Shown here: positions 42,235 to 52,338 of the stretch, piece by piece
How positions within the stretch are numbered: the stretch's first letter is position 1
Layout: each line of letters begins with the position of its first letter
Notes under the pieces: generated by a model
What the model was told of the DNA's origin: nothing
The model's database searches: none
What the model saw: the letters and a program-made list of their open reading frames with translations, nothing else
Assembly: GCA_000934665.2 (NCBI GenBank)
Contig: KZ538263.1
Coordinates: 1 to 64,000, forward strand
Direction: 5' to 3'
Source of the DNA: Catajapyx aquilonaris
Lineage: Eukaryota
Length of the DNA: 64,000 nucleotides
Position numbers and translations under genes: made by a program

Positions 42235-43697
42235 ATGAGGGTTGTGGTAAGTGTCGCATTTTTGTATACACACAGTGGGTCAATGTTCCAGCACCTTTTC
42301 CTTAGCGATTGTTATACATTGTGATGTAATTTTAAAATTAATGTACATTATAGTGTACGGTAACGTTATCATTTAAAATATAAATTGAACGTTTGAAATT
42401 AATGTGAAAATTTGTATGCATATTGTTGCCCGCCGATACCTGGCAAAACCAGTGACCAAAGAGAAATTTTACGTGTCGCAAAAAAAAAGTGAAAACAATA
42501 ACAATCGGCAATTACATTAGAAATATGTGCAGATGACTTAATTGCGACAGGACATCTATCCAACAACATTAAAAAATTGTACACTGTAATTCATGTACCG
42601 ATTTATGTACTGACTTGGAGGTGGTATTTTGTGCTCAACTATCGTCTACAAGTCAGTACTGTAGAAGGTATTTGACGTCCAAGTCCTCTCAAAGAGACCT
42701 CGGTCTCAGCATTAAAAAAAAAAAGTGACATCCAAGTCGGTACATGAATCGGTACATCGTGATGTACTATTTTCAAGTCAGTACACAGTACATGTAGACT
42801 ACTGTACATCTGAAAGATGGATTGTGTACAAGTCAGTTCCGGTATTTGTTGATCGCAAAGTACCACCTCCAAGTCGGTACATGAATCAGTACATGAATTA
42901 TTACAGTGGATACATTTAATTTGTTATATCTTATTTTGTCCAATACCATATTGAATATGAATGATTTCTGCTTTAATATGCATCATTTCTTCCAGTTGAT
43001 CATACTGTCGCTGGTGGCTTACGTACGCGGTGCTGGCGGTCCTTTCCAAAGTATCTACGGCTTCAGGATCAACGGTCCTCTCGGGTACGCCAGCGTACAA
43101 TCGTACGCCGACAACTACCGGTACAACTTCGATGTCAGCCAGAAGCATCTGACAGGAGACAGCTACCATAAGCAAAGAGGAGGACTGGGATACGCCTCAG
43201 GGTACGGGTACGGATCACCTGCACCAGCAGCAGCGCCTGTACCTGTACCGGCACCAAACGTACCGTACCAAGAACACCATCCAGCAGGGTTTGGAGATGC
43301 ACCGGGTTACCATCATGCTGCTGGATGGCATGATGGACATACCGTACCGTACGGTGGACCTGCCGGACTGCACGGTGGACCTGCCGGACTTCACGGTGGA
43401 CATACCGGACTGCACGGCGGATGGCAAGGTGGACACCAGGCAGGATGGGACGCAGGGCAAGGCGGATGGTACGCCGGACCTTCTTTTGATGCATCTCGGT
43501 ACAAGCCAGGGTACGGTGCAGCGGCACGTCCGGACCTGGTGAACCACGGGGTTTATGGTGCTGGACTTAGAAAGGTGCACCATCCCGGGTATGACCTGGG
43601 GTTAGGTCAGTTTGGACATCATGGTCTGCACCACGGTCTGCACCATAACATCCCGCCGCCGGGTGTCAAATATTATGGACCTAATGGTTGGGCATAA
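42235..43697 (+). CDS. Secreted Gly/His/Tyr-rich protein B (cuticle-protein-like)
   Basis: TATAAAA at ~42137; exon 1 42235-42246 (MRVV), exon 2 42996-43697. Signal peptide, shared domain YGFRINGPLG...NYRYNFDVSQKHLTGDSYHKQRG, an AAAP motif and GGPAGLH repeats. Confidence 0.85.
42580..42910. mobile_element. MITE in intron 1 of gene B
   Basis: CACTGTAATTCATGTACCGATTTATGTACTGACTTGGAGGTGGTA is inverted against TACCACCTCCAAGTCGGTACATGAATCAGTACATGAATTATTACAGTG. Confidence 0.7.
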
Positions 43698-43760
43698 TGT
43701 ACTTATTCACTTTAATGCAAACGGTCCAGGGTGTAGTTCCTATCACTAGTATTATGATAG

Positions 43761-44104
43761 TACAGTGTTGGGCATTAATCGCGTCATACTGCTAGCGACA
43801 TTTGCCTATGCGGGAAGACGTGTAAATCGAAGTGCGAGTAAGAAATGGTAGCCCTTGGGTGACGTCACTGGCTGTCGACATGCCTTTTTTCCATTGACCC
43901 CAGCCGGTGACGTCACTCAAGGTCTACCTCTTCTTACTCGTATGGCTCACTTCGATTTGCACTTCTGAATAAGGTGAACGGGCATTGCCCGGGTCGGATA
44001 CATCGGGCCAACGTCGGCGCTAGACCGGCCCTATTTTGGGCCGACGAAGTGTGCTACCTGGGAATGTCGCAAGCAGTATGACACGATTAATGTCCAACAC
44101 TGTA
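43761..44104. mobile_element. TA-flanked MITE with a nested inner inverted repeat, downstream of the gene B stop codon
   Basis: TACAGTGTTGGGCATTAATCGCGTCATACTGCTAGCGACATT...AATGTCGCAAGCAGTATGACACGATTAATGTCCAACACTGTA. An inner inverted repeat spans ~43820-43962. Confidence 0.78.
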
Positions 44105-44527
44105 CAAATGGTCAAGAGTGACATCAGTACTGTCTTATAAATAGTGTAACAAATAATAAATTATATTTATGCATATCTCGGTACTTTTTTATTTAACTTG
44201 CGCGGAAGTGGAATTTCATTGCAAAGCACGATAGATTATAGAGGTCATTGCTATTTTCCAATAATTTTTATATAATAGGCGCTATTATTTCCGCAACAAT
44301 GGTCCCAACAGAGGCTGAAACTTTCACGCGGTTGTGCTACACTTATCATTAAACAACCTGATTCCTTGAACGAAATCGTTGCGTGCACGCAAGAATTGTG
44401 ACCTCGCAATCAAGTGTGTTATATCAGTTTCCTATACAAAAAGGCTTTGTGAGACTGTGGTTTTCGGTAGTTTCTCTGGTACAGTTCTATCGGGTGGTGT
44501 TGCTCTAAGTGTCTCGAAGCCAACGCA

Positions 44528-45855
44528 ATGAAAGTTTGGGTAAGTCATCTTTACATCTGAACATGTTAGTGCCATCGAATTAACAGCATATTAATCAGGT
44601 TTAAATATATTTATTTGAGATGATCTTGGGCGTATTGGCTGCTTTTTCCTGCGTCCAAGATGCATCTTCGCAGTTTGAGCCAAGAAGACAAGGTTTTTTC
44701 ATCAATGACCACCATGGGTTTGCGGATCTGGAGTTTCTTAAAGGCAACATGCAGTATGACTATCAGTTGAGCCAGAATCATAGCGATGGAAGTAGCTATG
44801 TGTTTCAGAGCGGATTTGTCAACGAAGATCAGAAAAAGGCAGAGGAATCTGGTAAAAAGGAGGCCGAAATTTCTCAAGACAGCAGAGAGAAGATTCTGAA
44901 ACAACTGTCGGATTTTATTCGACAATCGACAAGGACTCCTGGACCATCAGAAGAACCTTCACGACAAGAGTTTTCCCAACAATCAGCAGAGGTTCCTCGA
45001 CAGTCAGCAGAAATTCCACGGCAATCACCAGAAATTCCTCGGCGATCGGAAGAGATTCCTCGGCGATCGGAAGAGATTCTGAGACAATCAACTGAGTTTC
45101 CTCGACAACAGGGCAAGATTTCACGACAACCAGAGGTTTCACGACATGAAACAGAGTTTTTCCAACAATCAGGACAACCAGCAGAGTTTTCTCGACAATC
45201 GGAAGAGATTCCGCGACAATCAAACGAATTTTCGCGACAACCTGGCCCGATTTCACGACAACCCGTTGAAGTGTTACGACAACCGGTTGAGGTGTTACGA
45301 CAACCAGCAGAGGTGATACCCCAAACGGAAGAAACACCTCCCCAACAATTCGAGATTACTCCACAATCAGTAGAAATCCCTCGAAGATTACCAGGGAGGT
45401 ACCGAGAATCAGGCGAGAATCTTCGAAAATCGGCAAATATTCCACGTAGAGTTCCTAAGATTCCTAGACGACCAGCAGGAATACCGAGACAATCAGCAGA
45501 CAATGGTCACTCAGAAGTGATTCCTCGACGGTCAGAAGAGATTCCTCGAGAGTCAGCAGATATTACTCGACTTTCGACAGAGACTCCTAGACGTGTAGAA
45601 TCATTCACGCGAAAAGTTGGTGGATTCGCCAGATCTGAAGCACCCATTCCTCCAGTTCCAACAAGCGAGATCATCCAACAACCAGAAGAGATCCCGAATA
45701 CTCCACAGAAATTCAGACGGCTTAAGAAGATCCGGAAACAACCAAGGGTTCAAGAAGAATTGACCACCACTAGTGAAACTCCTGTGATTAAAACTAGACC
45801 ACGACCAAGCTACAAATATTTTTCTAGCAACAGAACGAGGTCAACAACTGCTTAA
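44528..45855 (+). CDS. Secreted protein C with the shared N-terminal domain and EIPRQS-type heptad repeats
   Basis: Exon 1 44528-44539 (MKVW, gtaagt donor), exon 2 44620-45855 (weak GAG acceptor; the ATG at 44620 is an alternative start). Signal peptide, then QGFFINDHHG...NMQYDYQLSQNHSDGSSYVFQSG, then 21-nt unit repeats. Confidence 0.8.
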
Positions 45856-47746
45856 TTATGTATTGTAGTTAGTGATACTCAATAATTGCAGTACATCGAT
45901 TTGAAAAAATTATTTGCAATTACACTAGCTGTAATCGGCATTTAGTGATTCATTGAATTCAGTGAAACGTATATGTTCTCTTAATTTGACTTTCATGCGA
46001 CTTGAGCAGTCGAAATAATTTTACTGCTCTGTAATCATCCATGTTAATAAACAGTCACTACTCAACCTGTAAAAATTTAAAAAGTAAACGTAACACTCTC
46101 TAAACTAGTGTCTTGCAGTTGCAAGTACGCAAAGTGACACTAGATAAAAAATTATGTCATGCAATGTAACACATGCAAAATCACGCACTCCACAGTATGT
46201 GACCATAATTATGCATTTGTAAAAATCCCACGTGCATGAATATGTGGTGTATAAAAATGATACGGATGGCTAACAGTGAACCAATTTAATCAGTCTCTAA
46301 TTACATTGACATGCTCAATAACATTTTACCCCTAGGTGCAGGAAAAAGGGTGTTACCTACTGATAAGCCCTTTTGTTTTTTTTTTTGTGGAATGCAACTG
46401 TATTGCGCGAATTACATTATACTGCATTGTAATTTTATGGTTCGCAACTCAGCACTTTTTTTTGCAGCTAACTAGGTCAGCTAGGTATAGATATTCACAT
46501 ACTGCAAAAATTCTAAAATAGCATACACTTACTCAACATATGCTTTCACCCAAACCATTTCTGAGGTATAAAAATAAGTGCACACCGTTAAGGAATTAGA
46601 AAAAGCGTGACCCTGACAAGAAATTTGCCTTCCTGACTTCCTTCAAAAAAGGTGACAGTCTCACCCACTTTCGTGGGCACCCAACTTCAAAATTAATGAC
46701 TAAAAAAAGTTCATATTCGTCCACATGCAATATTGCCTCACAAGATGGTATCGCACTATTTCCACATATTTTTCAAATTTTTATATTTTTTAAAAAAATG
46801 TATGCGGTGTTATTGGTGCCAGGGCCCAATTGTTTCCAAAATTAGAGTAAGGTTGTAGTTTCCCTTGAGTGAAAGTATGTGATGGAAAGCTCTAATTCGG
46901 ATATGATGTCTGCAGGATATACCAAGAGCTGTAGTTAAATGTTTTAATTACGTATCACCAGAAGCACTCTGTACATTTTTTTTTTTGCCTTACGTCCCTA
47001 GTTTTTAAGGAGAAAGCTTCTTGAGTAGTACGGTATGCAGATATGTCTGATGCACCGGTACTGGTGTATTGCCAATACGAAATAATTCGGTACATTTTTC
47101 AACAAAAAAATAATTAAATTGCATTGGTGCAGGTACCGTCGTACCGATGTCACAATCTGAGAGTTTCCGCATGGTGGAGATCCCTAAGTGTCCGCGCAAT
47201 TCATTACCAACACCTTGATCGTATGACCAGCGATGCGGAAAAGTACTGTGTCACTTTTTACACCTTTCGAGATTAATCTTTGAAGCTACTACTCGACGCG
47301 CACTAATTACTAGCCAACAATGCGCCAAAATTAATTCCACATTGAAAAAAATTTAATTTTTATTTTTTGATGAATATATCATAATTTCCATATTCGATGC
47401 ACCATATGTGGATATGAAGGCACGCGTAACAAATTAGACGACAAACGGAACCCTTTGCGATTACAGCAATAGAAAACATTCTATCACCCCTGCAAGACCT
47501 CTGCAAAAAGGAGGGGGCCCCACCCACAACAAGGCAAGGCGCTTTCACATTACTTCATACATATCGAATGCACCAGTAACACTTCCGTTGCTTGGGTTTG
47601 CCAGTGCCCTTTTGCAACGATGCTCACTCGAGTGGGATAAGTGAGCTCTCTCGTATATAAGGCCTCAGGAACTTCTAATTTGAATCAGAACCTACCACTT
47701 CCTCCACTCGGAATAACCAAGTCTGACAGCAGCTCCGACGGTCAAC

Positions 47747-48371
47747 ATGAACACCGTGGTGAGTACACCAAAAAAAAGTGGACAAGTGGGTTGCCAGTGC
47801 TATGTGCAAATGTGTCCAACTTGAGCAGAAATTTGGATAAATAATTTTTTTGACAATTATTACAACACAGTATGGACGTAACATTTAAATTGCTGTTGTA
47901 AACATTTCATAACGTCAACTTTTACCTTCAATAGAAAATTAGCTAAACTAATTAATGTCCGGTTGCACCATCTCCAGGAAATATTTTCCGACTGGACAAA
48001 TGGTGCAACAGGATCTCTTAAGCTAACCTGTTTTGTCCAATGTCCAGATCCTTTTGTGTGTGGCATCCCTGGTGGCGTACGCCAACGCTGGAGGATTCGC
48101 CGAGTACAAACATGGCTTCTCTATCTACGGTCCGTACGGCGCAGCGCAGTTGGATGCGTCCGGAAGTAACCATGGGTACGACTTCAACTTGCACCAGCAG
48201 CACAAGCATGGCAGCAGCTATGTCAAGCAGAGTGGAAGCTTCGTCCATGAGGTACCGGTCGTCAAGGGACACGACGACGGTGGACACGGAGGATTCGGTG
48301 GAGATGACGGTGGACACGGAGGGTTCGATGGAGGTGACTTCGGAGGATTTGACGGTGGATACGGACACTAA
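47747..48371 (+). CDS. Small secreted Gly/His/Asp-rich protein D (cuticle-protein-like)
   Basis: TATATAA at 47655; exon 1 47747-47758 (MNTV), exon 2 48048-48371. Signal peptide, then YKHGFSIYGPYGAAQLDASGSNHGYDFNLHQQHKHGSSYVKQSG, then DDGGHGGF repeats. Confidence 0.85.
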
Positions 48372-50731
48372 GGACCAAAGACAAGGTCAGTCAACAGGCA
48401 ACGAACTATGTAGCACGGTGGCTACATTTTGTATTTATTACCACATTATAAAATTGAACACTTTTAGTGCAATTTAGTGCTAATTATTTGGGTGTAGCTG
48501 TACATAACAATTATTATATTTGGCACAACTTTATTTTGTAATCCATATTTTTGCTTCCACAGAAATGACCTACTGGCTCCTGGACCCTTCATTTGTTATA
48601 CCGGTGGACTACCTCTCCATTATTTTTTTTCTACTTTTTTTGTAAATAACTTTCGCTGTACATAAACCCAGCAAAAAAAATAAATTTCGTCAAAATGACA
48701 CATTTTTCCCCCGTTACACTTGGACGTCAAAATTATTGTGAAATCAACATTTTGGTTTTTGTTTCCGAGCCTTAGCAGCAGCACAGATAGTGAAGATTAA
48801 GATCCGATGGGAAAGTCTCCGACAACTGTTTTCACGCTTCTTCGACCATGTGGAATAAGTAGGAAGCACGCACACGCGAACCCGCAGATAAAACTATAGA
48901 GAAATGCCAGATGACCCGGAGATTCGCACTTTGGAAAATAAGGGCGACATAGAGAAAAAATAGAGAGAAAAAAGTAGATAAGTGAAATCAACTTTGAGTA
49001 GACCCTAAGGGTGTACAAGGTTGGATAATTATATGTGCTGACAGGCCATGACATTGGTTGAGCCAGTGTACCGGTACAGGGAGAGTCAGTGCACTCTCTT
49101 TGTTGGGGGATGCTGGGGGCCATTGGTGGTCAACCACTGAGGGATTGTGGTCATTCCCACGCAAGGGCGTGTGAAATTTGGATTGTAAAATAGCACGTGT
49201 GCAGTGTCGCATTCAAGCTTTTTAATTTCTAAAAAAAAATCGTGGCAATGAATTATTGAATTTTAAATTCAATATTTTAAAAATAATGTTACGATGTGTT
49301 GAAAAAAATTAGCTGGATTTTACTACTCACATTTCTGGATACGACGAATGTCATGGTGAGGTGTAAAAAGTTGTACTGCGAGATACTTCTCAAGGCACTG
49401 AAGGTGTTTGACGAGTGCAATGCACACACGACAGGTTTAGTTGCACAGCGTTATTTTACTAGAAAGCAGCATTATACATGCGATGCTTATACGCAAAGGC
49501 ATTGTTTCTCATAACTATTGTTAGCCTTCTTATGAGTTTTATAACAAGGCCCATACTTCGGGGGAAAGTAATTCGTAATATTAGTACTTGTTGCATTGAC
49601 TTATTTTTTTGAGCTAAAAATAGTAATAAAAATGTACACATGCTTCACAGGCGAATTAAGATTATTTTTATTTTTCGGTCTCCGAAGAATAGTCATTGAT
49701 ATGAAATACTTGGTGTCAGCAGTGCCAGTGCTAGTGTAAAATATCCTGGCAGAGATGCATCCCTCCAAACGTTCTTGCCTTTTAACTTATATATGGCAGT
49801 TGGTATCATTTCATTTTAATTTAAAATATTTAAACTATAAACTGAGCATGGTTTCTTGCACAGCGAAGTGGAATAGCATCAGACAAAACAAGTGCATCTA
49901 ATTAACAGTCAATTATTTATTGTAAAACTTACGCCCAAATTGGCAACTAATTTGAATACTAGTTACGAAACGATTTGCTATGAACATTTCGTCGGATGTT
50001 GGTTGAAACCTGTACTTGCCACTTAGGACCGGTATTAGCAATAAGCTGTAGGTCTCCAACCAGCCAAAATTATTTGGCGTAATTAAGTGAAATCCCCGAA
50101 ACGAATAGTTTGGCTCCGTGGTAATCAGAGTGGTAGAAAAAAGAAACATTGCGGAGAGCCAAAGCAGCCAAGCAACGGAACACTTTCCAGACATGTCGTC
50201 ATGGTCTCATGCCAGCTACACCAAATAAAGGGAAAGGAGGAAACAACAAAGGGTGGGGCTGGAAAAATATAGAAATGAAAAATATTGTCACTATGTCTTT
50301 TTCATGGAAACGTCTATTTTTTAATATCAATTTCCACAGAAAGAAAAAAAAGTACACTGCGACCCCCCTGCAACAAAGACAAGAAAAAACAAGGTAATAG
50401 TTTTAAAAAAAATACTGTTTGGCGTTTCAGGAAGTTTTGAAGGTGGAAATGTCATCCAATGGCCATCTTTCGGGTTGGTGATGATTGGTGAATGGCTGCG
50501 AAAGATGACGACTAGCATCGCTTACCACCCTTGACTAACTCCTGCAAAAATGAGAAAACAATTGAAAAATTATGTCACCCACAAATCTGATTAAGCAACA
50601 ATATTATTGGCCGCTATAAAGGGCCGTAAAAAGTCAATTATTATGGAAAGTGTGGTAATATAGGCATTCACTTTTATGCCTCAGGTTTGGTTGTGTAATA
50701 TTTTCTTTGCCGTAATCTTACCCTGCATTGT

Positions 50732-51705
50732 TTAGTGGTGATGATGGTGGTACTTGTTGAATGAAGTGTAGGAGTGTCCGTAACCATGGTGGCCTCCGTC
50801 GCCTCCACCGCCGCCGCCTCCACTGCCACCACCGCCTCCTCCTCCACTGCCTCCACCGCCACCGCCGCTGCCTCCACCGCCGCCTCCGCTTCCTCCACTT
50901 CCTCCATCGCCTCCGAAGTTTCCAAGACCGAATCCGTGGTGATGTCCTCCGTCGCCACCATCGCCGCCGCCGCCGCCGCCTCCACCGCCGCCTCCACCAC
51001 CACCATCTCCGCCATGTCCGTGTTCATGCTTGACCTCAACTGGTGTCTCATGCTTGTAGTCAGCTCCCTGCCAGATGTAGCTGTGGCCTCCCTTCTTGTG
51101 GTCTTGCTTCAGCTGCAACAGGTCAAATGTCACACGTGCCAATAACTGGGTGTGGGTTGGTACTTACGTTGTACTTGTAGGTGTGCTTGTCGCCTTTGAC
51201 GTTGAGGTGAGCACTGATATGGTCGTGATGGTGGTCGTCACCACCGCCGCCGCCACCGCCGCCGCCACCGCCGCCGCCACCGCCACCGCCTCCTCCACCG
51301 CCACCGCTGCCGCCGCCACCACCGCTTCCGCCACCACCGTCGCCGCCATGATGGCCATGATGGTGGTGGTACACATAGTGGTGGTGATGGTCGTCACCAC
51401 CGTCGCCGCCGTCGCCGCCGCCTCCTCCTCCTCCACCGCCGCCGCCTCCTCCACTACCACCACCTTCGCCTCCCTTCTTCCCATGACCAACAGCCTTCAC
51501 GGCATACACATAACCATATCCCTTTCCTCCACTTCCTCCGTCACCGCCGCCGCCGCCTCCTCCACCGCCTCCTTCTTCGCCTCCATACCACTTGTGTCCC
51601 GCTGCGGCGCAGGCCACCAGTGCCGCCAGGCACAGCATCTGCAATGGAAACAGTCAATCCAGACAAACTGGTCATCAAAATCCAAAAACTCACCATCTTC
51701 GCCAT
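50732..51705 (-). CDS. Secreted poly-Gly/His protein E (cuticle-protein-like)
   Basis: TATATAA on the minus strand at ~51782-51788. Exons 51705-51694 (MAKM), 51638-51168 and 51112-50732 join in frame to give ...HISAHLNVKGDKHTYKYN|LKQDHKKGGHSYIWQG..., with long Gly runs and a C-terminal HHHHH. Confidence 0.85.
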
Positions 51706-52338
51706 GGTTGCAGCTCTTGAGATGCCTTGTTACTGGATGGTTGGGCTGACGAGTTGTGTCGATGTTGGACCTCGGTCAGCGTTATATACCCCCGGACCGG
51801 CGTGTGTCCCAAAGCTGGTTATGAGGGTCAACCCTTCCCTTTTTCCTTCCCTGTCCAACAACACATCCTATCCCTTCTTGTAAAACGGCTTTGCCTGTCA
51901 TTTGGGCAGGACAAAAGGCGTGGCCATCTGGCTCTCACCTTCACCTGTATCTTCTCTTGTACGGTACTCGGTACACCTCCTTTCCCCTCATCTATGGAAC
52001 ATCACCGTTGTATGAGTGATGATAACAGACACGAGACATGTCGATGTCACTTTATCTCGTTGAAGACTAATTAAGAATGTGGCTCAATCAACAGATTAAT
52101 GTTTGTTGCACTCATAATTAGGAATAGTACTTAATTTGGGTTCATACATCCGGTCATAGTATATGTAGGTTAAGTACTTTAATCCGGATTATTTAATGAC
52201 CTACAATTTTAAAAAATGGCGCCCACCATTATAATAAATAAGCATTAAAAATTTCTATATAGGTCATTTTATTTATGTGCATAAATATACAATCAGTTCT
52301 CGAGTTTTAAACACAATAGGCAGGTTATATAATTTTAA

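Noticed and set aside
48386..48561. Possible 3' UTR intron of gene D (AAG|GTCAGT ... TTCCACAG)
   Set aside because: The signals are compatible but could occur by chance; transcript data are needed.
50674..51749. Ala/Thr-rich and other overlapping ORFs over gene E
   Set aside because: Antisense and off-frame shadows of poly-Gly codons.
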